Assembly (NCBI GenBank): GCA_944322675.1
Contig: CALUPO010000011.1
Coordinates: 1,752 to 65,751 of the forward strand
DNA length: 64,000 bases
Reading direction: 5' to 3'
DNA from: Candidatus Gastranaerophilales bacterium
GTDB lineage: Bacteria; Cyanobacteriota; Vampirovibrionia; Gastranaerophilales; Gastranaerophilaceae
Under the pieces are notes generated by a model. The model was not told the DNA's origin. It did no database searches and was given only the letters and a program-made list of their open reading frames with translations. This document shows, piece after piece, positions 9,043 to 20,388 of the stretch. The number at the start of each line of letters is the position of its first letter. The first letter of the stretch is position 1. Position numbers and translations under genes: made by a program.

Positions 9043-9946
9043 TATCGATATAGAAATGGTAAAAAGTATTTTTCCAAAACGTAAAAAAAACTCACATAAG
9101 GGGACATACGGTCATGTTTTAAATATATCCGGTTCAAATGAATACCGAGGAGCTGCTTATTTATCATCAATAGGAGCATACAAAGCAGGGTGCGGATTGG
9201 TGACACTTGCTTCAACAGAAAAAGTTATTGATGTTGTTTCAAATTATAATCCTATGATAATATATCTACCTTTACTTACAACAAATTTTAATCCGTTTGC
9301 GAAAGTATTCAATATAAATAAAATATTAAAAAACATAAAAAATTATAACACAATATGCATAGGATGTGGTCTTGGTATAAATAGCGGAAGTGTTTATCTT
9401 GTTAAAAATTTATTTAACTCATTAAAAGACAGCAATATTCCATTTGTTATTGATGCTGATGCAATAAACATTATAGCAAAAGAAAAAATAAAAATTTTGC
9501 CTAAAAATAGCATAATAACACCACATCCCAAAGAACTTTCAAGGCTTCTTGACATGGATGTTAATGAAATAGAACAAGATCGTATAAAAGCATGCATAAA
9601 AGCTTCAAAAAAATATAACACAATAACAATTTTAAAAGGTGAAAAAACTTTAATATCAAGTTGTGATGGTCAAAAAATTTATATAAATGAAAGTGGAAAC
9701 AGTGCTTTATCAAAAGCAGGTTCAGGCGATGTTTTGTCGGGTTTAATTTCAGGTTTTTTAGCACAAATTATAAAAGATGAAAGCAATAATGCCTCAACAA
9801 GTGAAAAATTAATACAATCAGCAATAATTAGTGTTTATCTTCATGGCCTAGCTGGTGAAGATGCATCTTTTGATTTAACTTCATATTCAGCATTACAAAA
9901 TGATATTATAAATAGTATAGGAAAACAAATAAAAAATTTAATATAA
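9029..9946 (+). CDS. nnrD: ADP-dependent NAD(P)H-hydrate dehydratase (YjeF C-terminal type)
   Basis: 'SHKGTYGHVLNISGS' and 'GSGDVLSGLISGFLA' motifs. The start is ambiguous between 9011 and 9029. Confidence 0.85.
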   Translation: MDYCNIDIEMVKSIFPKRKKNSHKGTYGHVLNISGSNEYRGAAYLSSIGAYKAGCGLVTLASTEKVIDVVSNYNPMIIYLPLLTTNFNPFAKVFNINKILKNIKNYNTICIGCGLGINSGSVYLVKNLFNSLKDSNIPFVIDADAINIIAKEKIKILPKNSIITPHPKELSRLLDMDVNEIEQDRIKACIKASKKYNTITILKGEKTLISSCDGQKIYINESGNSALSKAGSGDVLSGLISGFLAQIIKDESNNASTSEKLIQSAIISVYLHGLAGEDASFDLTSYSALQNDIINSIGKQIKNLI

Positions 9947-10052
9947 AGTATTGCAAAAATGACCAAATTGTGATATTATAAATAAGTGCTTGACATGGTT
10001 GTGACTTGTTTGTCATAACTTGTAGGTTAAGTTGGTAAAAGGGGGCTTGCTA

Positions 10053-10319
10053 ATGAATATCAGTTTAAAGAATGTAAATAATCAAAATAAAAAAGAATGT
10101 CAACCACTTCGTAACAATGCAGGTGTGCAGCCTTTACGTGGTAAAGCGTCAAAAAATACAAGTTTTGCAAGTTCTACAGTTGCGGCACCATCTGATAATT
10201 CAAATTCAGTGTCTCAAAAGGATTATGCAGCTTTACAGGCTAAGTATGATGTGGCTTGCCGTATAATAGCATCTCAACGTCTAAATTCACAAAATAAATC
10301 ACTTAATTATCTTGCATAA
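10053..10319 (+). CDS. small hypothetical protein (88 aa)
   Basis: ATG at 10053, 7 nt after AAAGGGGG. No recognisable domain. Sits directly upstream of dprA. Confidence 0.45.
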   Translation: MNISLKNVNNQNKKECQPLRNNAGVQPLRGKASKNTSFASSTVAAPSDNSNSVSQKDYAALQAKYDVACRIIASQRLNSQNKSLNYLA

Positions 10320-10326
10320 AAAAATT

Positions 10327-11418
10327 ATGGAAAATGACAAGTATTTTATAGGCTTTTCTTCAATTGATAATATATCAGCAAATTTTATTGGAAAACTATA
10401 TAAGTATTTTAATGGTGATATAAAAAAAGCATGGGAAGTTTGTGAATTAGATTTAAGAGAAATTGAAGGATTAAGGAAATCTTCTTGTGAAAAATTTCTA
10501 AAAAGCCGTGACAAAACTGATTTAGACAAAGTTTACAATTATATTTTAGAAAATAATATTAAATATTTAACTATTGAAAATGATAAATATCCGGCTCTTT
10601 TAAAAGAAATTAAAGAGCCGCCTTTAAATTTGTTTTATCTTGGTGATTTAGAACGTTGCAATTTCAACCGTTGTTTGGCTATTGTTGGTTCAAGAAATGC
10701 AAGTAATTCTTCAAAAAAAGTGTTAAAAAATATATTAAATGAACTTAAAAATACAGATTTGTGTGTTGTTTCAGGACTTGCACTTGGAGCTGACACTCAA
10801 GCACATTTGTGTGCTATTGAAAATAAATTATCAACTATTGCAATTATTGGCGGCGGATTTAATAAACTATATCCCCATCAAAATAGAAAGTTATTCAATG
10901 ATATAATAGATAAGTATGGCGTAGTTTTTAGTGAAGCCTGGCCTGATTTTGAGCCTATTGCCTGGAGATTTCCTCACCGCAACCGTATAGTTAACGGTAT
11001 TTCCAGAGGTACACTGGTTATTGAAGCAAAATTAAAAAGCGGTGCTATAATAACAGCAAATATGTGTTTAGATGAAGGGCGTGAATTGATGTGTATACCT
11101 GGAGAAATTTTAAACCCTAATACCCAGGGTATATATCATCTTCTTAAAAACGGGGCAACTCTTGTAACCTGTGCACAGGATCTTCTTGATGCTTTAAATT
11201 GGAATTTGTCTACTCAAAAAATAACAAACAATAGTAATTTGGAATTAAATGATATTGAAAAAAAAGTTTATGATTGTATTTCTATAAATACCCCAAATTT
11301 TGATGATATTGTTTTAAAAACTTCATTAAATTCTGATGAACTTATGTTATATTTGACAACTTTGGAATTAAAGGGTTTAATAAAACAAGTAGAGGGTAGT
11401 CGATATATGGTAATATAA
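10327..11418 (+). CDS. dprA: DNA-processing protein DprA (Smf)
   Basis: 'LAIVGSRNAS' and 'VSGLALGADTQAH' Rossmann-fold DprA motifs. ATG at 10327; the track TTG at 10312 overlaps the upstream ORF. Confidence 0.9.
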   Translation: MENDKYFIGFSSIDNISANFIGKLYKYFNGDIKKAWEVCELDLREIEGLRKSSCEKFLKSRDKTDLDKVYNYILENNIKYLTIENDKYPALLKEIKEPPLNLFYLGDLERCNFNRCLAIVGSRNASNSSKKVLKNILNELKNTDLCVVSGLALGADTQAHLCAIENKLSTIAIIGGGFNKLYPHQNRKLFNDIIDKYGVVFSEAWPDFEPIAWRFPHRNRIVNGISRGTLVIEAKLKSGAIITANMCLDEGRELMCIPGEILNPNTQGIYHLLKNGATLVTCAQDLLDALNWNLSTQKITNNSNLELNDIEKKVYDCISINTPNFDDIVLKTSLNSDELMLYLTTLELKGLIKQVEGSRYMVI

Positions 11419-11420
11419 AT

Positions 11421-13817
11421 ATGCCAAAAACAAAAGAAAAAGAAAGCGGAGAAATAAAACCTGATAAAAAAGTTAAAAAGAAAACAAAAACTACAAAAAC
11501 ATCCGCAAATATAAAAAAAATAGAAAAAGAAAAAAAATCAACTAAAAAAGAAAAATCAAGTAAAATTGATAATAATAAAAAACTTGTCATAGTTGAGTCA
11601 CCTGCAAAATCAAAAACCATTCGTAAAATTTTGGGAAATGATTACCTGATTGAAGCAAGTTATGGTCACATACGTGATTTCCCGCCCAAGGTTATGGGAT
11701 TTGATGAAAAAAAGAATTTTGAACCTATTTTTCAAGTTATACCAGAAAAAAAAGAAGTTGTAAAAAAATTGAATGATATAGCCAAAAAAGTAGGTAAGGT
11801 TTATCTTGCATCTGACCCTGACCGTGAAGGTGAGGCAATAGCATGGCATGTTCGTGAAGTGCTTGATGTCGATGACGATAAAATATGTAGAATAGCATTT
11901 AACGAAATTACTCCAAAAGCTGTAAAAGAAGCTGTCGAACATTCACGCAGTATTGATATGGATCGTGTTCATGCCCAACAAACAAGACAAATTCTTGATA
12001 GACTTGTAGGTTATTCAATAAGCCCTGTGTTATGGGAAAAATTAAAAAACAACAGGCTTTCAGCAGGTCGTGTTCAAAGCGTTGCTTTAAAAATGATATG
12101 TGAAAGAGAAAAAGAAATTGAAGCTTTTATACCTCAAGAATATTGGACTATTTCATCTTTATTTGAAGCCAAAGATATTCAATTTGAAGCAATATTGACT
12201 AAATTTAAAGGTAAAAAAATAGAAATAAAAAATGAAAATGAAGCAAATGAAATTTTAACAAAACTAAAGGAAAAAGGTGTTGAATTTGTTGTATCTCAGG
12301 TACAAGAACGGGAATCAACAAGAAAACCTCAAGCACCTTTTATAACATCAACTCTTCAACGAGAAGCTTCAAACAAATTAGGGTATGGTGTTTCAAAAAC
12401 CATGCAAATAGCTCAAAAATTGTATGAAGGGCTTGAAATTGATGGCGAGCCTGTCGGATTAATAACTTATATGAGAACAGATTCAACACGTATTTCAGAT
12501 GACGCTCAAGCTGCCGCTAAGGATTATATTATAAATAATATAGGTGAAAAATATTATCCTCAAACACCAAATGTTTACTCAAAAAGTAAAAAAAATACCC
12601 AGGATGCTCACGAAGCAATAAGACCTGCTTATATTGAAAAAACTCCGGAAAGTTTAAAGCATCTTCTTTCAAATGAACAATACCGACTTTATAAACTTAT
12701 CTGGGACAGATTTATGTCATCTCAAATGTCAAATGCCAAAATTGCAAATTTAAGTATTGAAATAAATGCTCTTGATTATACTTTTCGTACCTCATCTTCA
12801 AAAATATTATTTGACGGATTTTTAAAACTATACAATGATTCAGAAAATGAAGACAATGATAAAGATAATAAATTACCAAATTTGAAAAAAAATGATATAG
12901 TAAATCTTATAAAATTTGACCCAAAACAACACTTCACTCAACCACCAGGAAGGTTTTCCGAGGCAACTCTCGTTAAGGCTCTTGAAGAATATGGCATTGG
13001 AAGACCATCAACTTATGCTCCAATTATTACAAAAATTCAACAAAAAGGTTATGTTGAAAAAAATGATAAAGCTTTATGTCCTACTATTTTAGGGAGAACT
13101 GTTGTTGAACAACTGGATGAGCACTTTAAAAATATTATGAATTATGAGTTTACAGCATCAATGGAAACGCAACTTGATGATATTGCAGAGCAAAAAATAG
13201 AATGGACAAATGTTCTTAATGATTTCTATCATCCGTTTTTAGATGTTGTTAATCAGGCAAAAGAGAATATGGGAACTGTTTTAATTGATAGCGGCAAAGT
13301 TTGTCCAAATTGCGGTAAAAAAATGCTCGTTAAAACAAGCAGGTTTGGCACACAATTTTTAGGCTGCAGCGGATATCCGGAATGTAAAACAATGATGCCT
13401 TTAAAAACAGATGATTCTCTTGGGCAAATTAATGAAAAATCTGATGAAAAATGTGAAAAATGCCAAAGCGATATGATTGTTAAACACGGTCCATATGGCC
13501 CTTATCTTGAATGTACAAATGAAAATTGTAAAAATCGCAAAGCTATTTTAAAAACCATTGGAGTAAAATGTCCAAAAGAAGGTTGTAATGGTGAAATAGT
13601 TGTTCGCAAATCACGTTACGGCAAAATATTTTATGGTTGTAACAAGTATCCCGAATGCGATTTTGTCTCCTGGTATGAACCTGTAAATGAATTTTGTCCA
13701 AAATGCAAAAGTATTCTTGTTAAAAATATAACAAAACGGTATAATCGATTAAAATGTTCAAATAAAGAATGTGATTATGTGAGAAATCTTGATGTAGAAC
13801 AAGAAGATTCATTATAA
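11421..13817 (+). CDS. topA: DNA topoisomerase I with Lys-rich N-terminal extension and C-terminal zinc ribbons
   Basis: Toprim 'LVIVESPAKSKTI' and 'DPDREGEAIAWH'. Multiple C-terminal CxxC...C..C fingers ('CPNCGKKM...CSGYPECK'). Confidence 0.95.
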   Translation: MPKTKEKESGEIKPDKKVKKKTKTTKTSANIKKIEKEKKSTKKEKSSKIDNNKKLVIVESPAKSKTIRKILGNDYLIEASYGHIRDFPPKVMGFDEKKNFEPIFQVIPEKKEVVKKLNDIAKKVGKVYLASDPDREGEAIAWHVREVLDVDDDKICRIAFNEITPKAVKEAVEHSRSIDMDRVHAQQTRQILDRLVGYSISPVLWEKLKNNRLSAGRVQSVALKMICEREKEIEAFIPQEYWTISSLFEAKDIQFEAILTKFKGKKIEIKNENEANEILTKLKEKGVEFVVSQVQERESTRKPQAPFITSTLQREASNKLGYGVSKTMQIAQKLYEGLEIDGEPVGLITYMRTDSTRISDDAQAAAKDYIINNIGEKYYPQTPNVYSKSKKNTQDAHEAIRPAYIEKTPESLKHLLSNEQYRLYKLIWDRFMSSQMSNAKIANLSIEINALDYTFRTSSSKILFDGFLKLYNDSENEDNDKDNKLPNLKKNDIVNLIKFDPKQHFTQPPGRFSEATLVKALEEYGIGRPSTYAPIITKIQQKGYVEKNDKALCPTILGRTVVEQLDEHFKNIMNYEFTASMETQLDDIAEQKIEWTNVLNDFYHPFLDVVNQAKENMGTVLIDSGKVCPNCGKKMLVKTSRFGTQFLGCSGYPECKTMMPLKTDDSLGQINEKSDEKCEKCQSDMIVKHGPYGPYLECTNENCKNRKAILKTIGVKCPKEGCNGEIVVRKSRYGKIFYGCNKYPECDFVSWYEPVNEFCPKCKSILVKNITKRYNRLKCSNKECDYVRNLDVEQEDSL

Positions 13818-13854
13818 AGTCGACACTTTTTACAACTTTTGATATCATAAAATT

Positions 13855-14781
13855 ATGGATAAATTTGAAAAAATTCATGAATTAAGGGATATTGTAAAGA
13901 ATGATAATCAAAACTTTCAAGCTATGCGAGAATTATCAGTTTTACTTCTCGATGTCGGTTTAAATGAAGAAGCTTTAAAGTACTTACTTGATCTGGTTAA
14001 TATATTTAAAGATGATGATCCACGCCTTTATTATAATTTAGGTATAACCTGGGAAAAGCTTAATAATAATAAAATGGCTGAAAAAAATTATTTAAAGGCT
14101 ATATCTCTTGATGAAAATGAAACTGATTTTAATTATAACTTAGGACTCCTTTATTTAAACCAGAAAAAATATGATAAAGCATTAAAATACTTCAATAAAG
14201 TTATGGAAATTGACAAAAATGATGCTAATACTTATTTTAATTTAGGACAAATATATTTAAATCAACAAAATATTGAGTTTGCTATAAATTCATTTAAAAA
14301 AGCTTTTTCATTAAATCCATTTGACAGCATAGCTTTGTATAATCTTGCTTATTGTTATTTCCAAAATGGTGATATCAATCTTTCTATTGAAACATATAAT
14401 AAACTTATTCAAAAATTTCCTGATTATAGCTGGGCTTATTTTAATTTAGGTTCTATTTATTTTTTGCTTGAAGAAAACAATTTAGCTATTGAATACTTAA
14501 AAAAAACTATCAATATAAATCCCAAAGACTTAAATGCATATAAAATACTTGCTAAAATTTATATTAAACAACAACAATATAATAAAGCAATCGAAGTTAT
14601 TGGAAAAGCACTTGAAATTAACAATTTTGATGGTGATTTATATTATTATCTTTCACGTTGTTATAAAGATAGTGATAATGAAAAATATATCTTAAACTTG
14701 AAACAAGCTTTAAAAAATTATCAAAATATAAGTTATGATATTAATTTAATAAAAAAAGAATTAAAAACTTATGATAAATAA
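13855..14781 (+). CDS. tetratricopeptide (TPR) repeat protein
   Basis: 308 aa of repeated 34-aa 'A..YF.LG.IY....N...AI..F.KA...NP' units. Confidence 0.85.
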   Translation: MDKFEKIHELRDIVKNDNQNFQAMRELSVLLLDVGLNEEALKYLLDLVNIFKDDDPRLYYNLGITWEKLNNNKMAEKNYLKAISLDENETDFNYNLGLLYLNQKKYDKALKYFNKVMEIDKNDANTYFNLGQIYLNQQNIEFAINSFKKAFSLNPFDSIALYNLAYCYFQNGDINLSIETYNKLIQKFPDYSWAYFNLGSIYFLLEENNLAIEYLKKTININPKDLNAYKILAKIYIKQQQYNKAIEVIGKALEINNFDGDLYYYLSRCYKDSDNEKYILNLKQALKNYQNISYDINLIKKELKTYDK

Positions 14782-14919
14782 GTTATTAATTTAGATAATT
14801 AAAGTTATTATTATATTTTTATAAACATTACCTCAATTAATTACCAATGTCGAGCATAAAATAATAACATGCAAATGTTAGACTTATAAATATATAAATT
14901 GGGAATATTATAACAAAAA

Positions 14920-17511
14920 ATGGAAAATAATCAAAATAATATAAAAGAACTTGATAATTTAATTTTAAAAGTAAAAGAATCTCAAAAAATATATTCTAAA
15001 TATAGTCAAGAAGCTATTGATAAAATATTTTATGCATCAGCAAAAAAAGCAAATGATATGAGAATTCCACTTGCAAAAATGGCATTTGAAGAAACAAAAA
15101 TGGGAATTATGGAAGATAAAGTAATAAAAAACCATTTTGCATCGGAGTTTGTTTACAATAAGTACAAATGTGCAAAAACTTGCGGCGAAATATATAATGA
15201 TGACATTAATGGCATAAAAATAATTGCCGAGCCACTTGGAGTAATTGCAGGAATTGTGCCCACAACAAATCCTACCTCAACAGCTGTATTTAAAGCATTA
15301 ATTGCTCTTAAAACCCGCAATGGAATAATTTTTTCGCCTCATCCAAATGCAAAAACATCAACAATTGAAGCATGTAAGGTAATTTTAAATGCAGCAATTG
15401 AAGCGGGTGCACCTCAAAATATTATAGGCTGGCTTGACAATCCTACAATTGAATTATCAAATGCATTAATGCATCATAAAGATATTGATGTAATTCTTGC
15501 TACAGGCGGACCAAATATGGTTAAAGCTGCATATTCAAGCGGAAAACCTGCTTTAGGAGTAGGCCCCGGAAATGTTCCTGCATTAATTGATGAAAAAGCA
15601 AATATTAAAGAAGCTATTTCTTCAATTATTCTTTCTAAAACTTTTGATAATGGAATGATTTGTGCATCAGAACAATCAATTATTGTTGTTGAAAGTGTAT
15701 ATCAACAAGTTATTGATGAACTGGTTTATCGTTGTTGTCATATTTTAAGCGAAGAAGAAAAACAAAAAGTTTCAAATACTATTTTTATTGACGGAAAACT
15801 TAACGCAAAAATAGTTGGTCAAAGTGCCTATAAAATAGCCCAAATGTCAAATATTGAGGTTAAAGAAAATACAAAAATATTAATAGGTAAAACATCATTA
15901 ATCTCTCGTGAAGAACCATTTTCTCTTGAAAAATTGTCTCCTGTAATTGCATTATACAAAGCTTGCGATTTTGAAGATGGTGTAAATATTGCAAAAAAAC
16001 TTGTAAATCTTGCAGGAAAAGGTCATACATCAGTTTTACATACTGATTCACGTTTTAATGAAAGAATTAAATATTTTAGTGAAAATTTAAATACAGGACG
16101 TATAATAATAAATTCTCCATCTTCACATGGTGCTATTGGTGATATATATAATTTTAAACTTGATCCTTCTTTAACTTTAGGCTGTGGTTCATGGGGTAAA
16201 AATTCAACAAGTGAAAATGTTAATATTAAACATCTTTTAAATTATAAAACAGTTGCTGTAAAACGTGAAAATATGCTCTGGCAAAAACTTCCACCAAAAA
16301 TATATTTTAAACGTGGAGCTGTTGATCTTGCATTAAAAGAATTAAAAGATAAAAAAAGAGCTTTTATTATAACCGATAGATTCTTATTTAATAAAGGTAT
16401 TGCCTTTAATATTACAAAAATTCTTGAAGAAATAAATGTAGATTATCAAATATTCTTTGATATAAAACCTGATCCTGATATTAAAACGGTAAATGAAGCT
16501 TTAAATATAATTAATTCATATAATCCCGATGTAATAATAGCACTTGGCGGCGGCTCACCTATTGATGCAGCAAAACTTGTATGGTTATTATATGAACAAG
16601 ATCAAACACAATTTAATGATGTTGCTTTAAGATTTATGGATATACGAAAACGTATCTGCAAAATTAAACAACTTGGAGAAAAAGCCATATTTGTTGCAAT
16701 ACCTACAACTTCAGGCACAGGCTCAGAAGTTACTCCTTTCACTATAATAACTGAAAATAATTCACATATAAAATATGCTATTGCTGATTATTCGCTCATG
16801 CCAAATATGGCAATTATTGATCCTAATTTTGTTGATGATATGCCAAAAAATTTAACGGCATCTTCAGGTATTGATGCTTTAGTCCACTCAATTGAAGCTT
16901 ATGTAAGTATTATGGCATCTAATTTCACAAATTCAAATGCCTTAGAGGCTATAAAGCTTATTTTTAAATATCTTAAACGTTCTTACGATAATGGAAAATC
17001 TGATCCTGTTGCACGTGAAAAAATGCACTATGCTGCAACTATTTCCGGAATGGCTTTTGCAAATTCATTTCTTGGCATATGTCATTCTCTTGCTCATAAA
17101 TTAGGAGCAACATTTAATATTCCTCATGGCATATCAAATGCTTTGCTTATTTGTCAGGTTATAAAATATAATTCAAATATATGCCCCACAAAAATGGGAC
17201 TTTTTCCACAGTATAAATATCCCGATGCTTTAAATAGATATTGTCAAATTGCTGATGAGCTTTGCATAAATGGAGAAAATGAAAGTCAAAAAGTTGATAA
17301 TTTAATTAACGAAATTCAAAAGCTAAAAGTCGATATTGATTTACCTTTATCTATAAAAGATTATGGAATAGCTGAAAAAGATTTTTACTCAAAACTTGAT
17401 GAAATTGCGTTACTTGCATTTGACGACCAATGCACGGGAGCTAATCCTGTTTATCCATTGATAGAAGAACTAAAACAAATTTTAATTGATGCATATTGGG
17501 GAAATATATAA
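14920..17511 (+). CDS. adhE: bifunctional acetaldehyde-CoA/alcohol dehydrogenase
   Basis: 863 aa. N-terminal ALDH half ('[12 protein letters not shown]') and C-terminal iron-ADH half ('[10 protein letters not shown]', 'HSLAHKLG'). Confidence 0.95.
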   Translation: MENNQNNIKELDNLILKVKESQKIYSKYSQEAIDKIFYASAKKANDMRIPLAKMAFEETKMGIMEDKVIKNHFASEFVYNKYKCAKTCGEIYNDDINGIKIIAEPLGVIAGIVPTTNPTSTAVFKALIALKTRNGIIFSPHPNAKTSTIEACKVILNAAIEAGAPQNIIGWLDNPTIELSNALMHHKDIDVILATGGPNMVKAAYSSGKPALGVGPGNVPALIDEKANIKEAISSIILSKTFDNGMICASEQSIIVVESVYQQVIDELVYRCCHILSEEEKQKVSNTIFIDGKLNAKIVGQSAYKIAQMSNIEVKENTKILIGKTSLISREEPFSLEKLSPVIALYKACDFEDGVNIAKKLVNLAGKGHTSVLHTDSRFNERIKYFSENLNTGRIIINSPSSHGAIGDIYNFKLDPSLTLGCGSWGKNSTSENVNIKHLLNYKTVAVKRENMLWQKLPPKIYFKRGAVDLALKELKDKKRAFIITDRFLFNKGIAFNITKILEEINVDYQIFFDIKPDPDIKTVNEALNIINSYNPDVIIALGGGSPIDAAKLVWLLYEQDQTQFNDVALRFMDIRKRICKIKQLGEKAIFVAIPTTSGTGSEVTPFTIITENNSHIKYAIADYSLMPNMAIIDPNFVDDMPKNLTASSGIDALVHSIEAYVSIMASNFTNSNALEAIKLIFKYLKRSYDNGKSDPVAREKMHYAATISGMAFANSFLGICHSLAHKLGATFNIPHGISNALLICQVIKYNSNICPTKMGLFPQYKYPDALNRYCQIADELCINGENESQKVDNLINEIQKLKVDIDLPLSIKDYGIAEKDFYSKLDEIALLAFDDQCTGANPVYPLIEELKQILIDAYWGNI

Positions 17512-17552
17512 AAAATTAGATAACCATATAGAATATTACACAAAAAATAAAT

Positions 17553-19805
17553 TTATATTTTTATTAATTCTATTATTTTTTCACGGCTTTTTAATATATT
17601 ATTTTCTTCTTCTAACACCTGTTTCACTATTTCATTTTGAACACTAATATCAATTTTTGGAAAGTAAAAATTTAGCAGCTCATCTTTTTTTACATATTTT
17701 CTATTAGTACTTCCACTAACATAATTATCAAAATATTCTTGTACATTCTGGTTTCTAAACATTAATTCTAAAAATTTTGGATTATATTTTTTTATATCTA
17801 TTTCAAGCATTTCTCGATTTGCTGTAATAACAGAATTATAACAATTTTCCGGAACTACAGCAAAAGCACCATTTTTTGTATCAACCTTACACCACAATAG
17901 ATGATTGGGTTTAGCTTTATAATAACTTGTACCGCTAAGAATTTCATATCCTTTTTTAATTTCTTTGGAAATTCCTAAACCATAACTTTTTACACCTAAA
18001 ATCTCATAATCTAAATTTTCATTTATAGTAATTTTTTCTTTTTTACAAGGTAACAAAAATTCAGCTAATTTATATAAATCACAAGTCTTAAAAATAAGTC
18101 TAGCAAATTGTTTTGGATTAATATACTTCTTGCCTTGCAATACATAATTGTTATTCTTTATTTTTTCAATATCGACAGAAATATCTGAAGAATCCTTATT
18201 GAAAAATTTATCAAGATCACTTTCACCTTTAAGCTTTTTTCGAACTTTATCTAAAGAATATCCATCATTTTTTACAAAATAAAACTTAATATTATTAGTT
18301 GATATATTCTGTTTAATTTTAGTTAAATGCAAAATACTCGCCTGAACATTTGTATATGGTTCAAAAACTCCACCTGGCAATGATATAATATTCTCTATTT
18401 TACAAGTTTTATATATTTCTTCCCTTAAAAGTTTGTAATTTTTATCAAAAAGAACTTTTTCAGGCACAATAATTCCAATTCTACCATTAGTAGAGCATTT
18501 GTTAATAGCCTTTATACAATGTTGAATACATATACTGTTAGCATCTTCTGTTGGGATTTTGTATAAAGAACCATAATTTGTTTTTTGAGAAAATGGCATA
18601 TTGGTAATGACAACACTATACTCATCTTCTACAGGGTTGGCTAAACTATCAATTCGTTTTATGTTATTATGCCCATCACCCATTAATATCATATTCATTT
18701 TTGCAATTTTAGCTGTAGACGAAATTTCACGACCAAAAATAGTCCCTGTTTTTAATATATTTAGTGTTAAATCATTTTTTTCTGATGTTCTATATAAATG
18801 CTTGAAAACCTCTATAAGCATCCCGCCAGTACCACAGAAAGGATCATAAATTGTTTCTCCAAGCTTAGGATTTAACAGTTGTACTAAAAATTTTACTATA
18901 TGCCGTGGAGTAAAATATTCTCCTAAATCTTTTTCTCCTGCATTATATGTTTTCAAAAAATACTCAAAAGCATCACCTTTAATATCTGTTTCAATATCAG
19001 TTAATTGCAATGGATCCAGTTCTTGTATTATTTCTTTAAGAACTCTTGAATTAGTTATAGGAGTATCCCCAAAAATTGACTCTCCATTGTTTCTGTAATA
19101 ATTATCAAATTGCTTTAAAACAGTATCATTAATATAACTTGTAAGTTCATTTCCGCTTTTCTTTCTAAACGCTTTCCATAAATATTCCTTAGGAATAATA
19201 TTTGTTTCATTATTTGCTCTTTTTATCTCTTGTAATTCGCTTATTAGTTTTAAAAATAGAATATTAGAAAAAGCACTAAATCTTTCATGTCCTGCTTTTA
19301 AACCTTCATCTCTCAACAAATTATTTGCTTTTTTAAATATACCAATTAACTCATTTCTTGATTTAATTACAATAGGGTTGATAGTATTTATACAAGGATT
19401 ATCTACAAATTCACAAGCTGTTTTTATATTAAAAAATGTTGAAACTTCTTCACCATCAATAAATAATATTTTCCCGGATTGAACATGAACAGCTTTAACC
19501 TTGATACCGTTTGTTGCTATTACTATTGGTGCGTTTATTAGCCGAGCATAATTCAGACCTTGAGTTAAAGCTTCATCTATTCCTTTATTAGGTCTTTTTG
19601 CTTCTATAATTATCAATGGAGTATCTTTGTCATACAATACATAATCAGGCTTCAATCCATTTAATGCCTGTTTTTCATACTCTGTTTTTGGTTGTTGTTT
19701 ATAAACATTCCTATATACTGATTTAGTACTATCAATCCAACCTAAATCTCGTAATTGCAAATCTATCTCAGTTTCTACATCTCTTTCTATTGGTTCAACT
19801 GCCAA
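17553..19805 (-). CDS. single-chain restriction-modification enzyme (HSDR_N-type nuclease + HsdM-like N6-adenine methyltransferase + one TRD); type IIG-like
   Basis: N-terminus 'PDYVLYDKDTPLIIIEAKRP' (PD...ExK). 'GEYFTPRHIV', motif I 'DPFCGTGGML', motif IV 'TNMPFS'. About 180-aa C-terminal region resembling an HsdS half-TRD. Confidence 0.75.
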   Translation of the reverse strand: MAVEPIERDVETEIDLQLRDLGWIDSTKSVYRNVYKQQPKTEYEKQALNGLKPDYVLYDKDTPLIIIEAKRPNKGIDEALTQGLNYARLINAPIVIATNGIKVKAVHVQSGKILFIDGEEVSTFFNIKTACEFVDNPCINTINPIVIKSRNELIGIFKKANNLLRDEGLKAGHERFSAFSNILFLKLISELQEIKRANNETNIIPKEYLWKAFRKKSGNELTSYINDTVLKQFDNYYRNNGESIFGDTPITNSRVLKEIIQELDPLQLTDIETDIKGDAFEYFLKTYNAGEKDLGEYFTPRHIVKFLVQLLNPKLGETIYDPFCGTGGMLIEVFKHLYRTSEKNDLTLNILKTGTIFGREISSTAKIAKMNMILMGDGHNNIKRIDSLANPVEDEYSVVITNMPFSQKTNYGSLYKIPTEDANSICIQHCIKAINKCSTNGRIGIIVPEKVLFDKNYKLLREEIYKTCKIENIISLPGGVFEPYTNVQASILHLTKIKQNISTNNIKFYFVKNDGYSLDKVRKKLKGESDLDKFFNKDSSDISVDIEKIKNNNYVLQGKKYINPKQFARLIFKTCDLYKLAEFLLPCKKEKITINENLDYEILGVKSYGLGISKEIKKGYEILSGTSYYKAKPNHLLWCKVDTKNGAFAVVPENCYNSVITANREMLEIDIKKYNPKFLELMFRNQNVQEYFDNYVSGSTNRKYVKKDELLNFYFPKIDISVQNEIVKQVLEEENNILKSREKIIELIKI

Positions 19806-19906
19806 GTTAAAAACCCTCTTAGTTTAATGAAACATTTAGTTAAAATCCTATTATAATTATACTAAAAACTCATATTAATGTAAAATTTTAGCAATGTAAC
19901 CAAAAC

Positions 19907-20356
19907 TTATTTTTCCATAAAATCTTTTAGAGTTTTAAAATATTCATCATTATTTTTAGCATATTTTTCATTAAATTCAATATATTTTGTAAACTTATTA
20001 AAAGCATGTTCGGATATAATATGTTCAATTTGACAGGCATTTTGATTGGATTCTTCATCATTTAAATTAAGAACATTTTTAAAAAATTTATATAAAGTTC
20101 TATGTTTTTTGATAATTTTCTTGGCAACATTAACACCCTCTTGTGTAAGAGTTAAAACATCATATCTTCCATAATTTACAAGCCCTTTAGCTGCAAGAGA
20201 CTTCAAAGCTTCTGTAACTGATGAACGGCCAACATTTAAAAATCTGGCAACCTCAATAGCTTTAACAGCCTGCTTTTCTTCAATAATTAAATAAATAGCT
20301 TCAAGATAATTTTCTAAACTTGCAGATATTTTTTTCTTTGACTGATTTGAAACCAT
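19907..20356 (-). CDS. DtxR/MntR-family metal-dependent transcriptional regulator
   Basis: 'SASLENYLEAIYLIIEEKQAVKAIEVARFLNVGRSSVTEALKSLAAKGLVNY'. ATG at 20356 is preferred. A TTG at 20392 would overlap the fliD stop by 2 nt. Confidence 0.8.
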   Translation of the reverse strand: MVSNQSKKKISASLENYLEAIYLIIEEKQAVKAIEVARFLNVGRSSVTEALKSLAAKGLVNYGRYDVLTLTQEGVNVAKKIIKKHRTLYKFFKNVLNLNDEESNQNACQIEHIISEHAFNKFTKYIEFNEKYAKNNDEYFKTLKDFMEK

Positions 20357-20388
20357 AAGTTTAATTTTAGCTTTAGTTAAAACGATTG

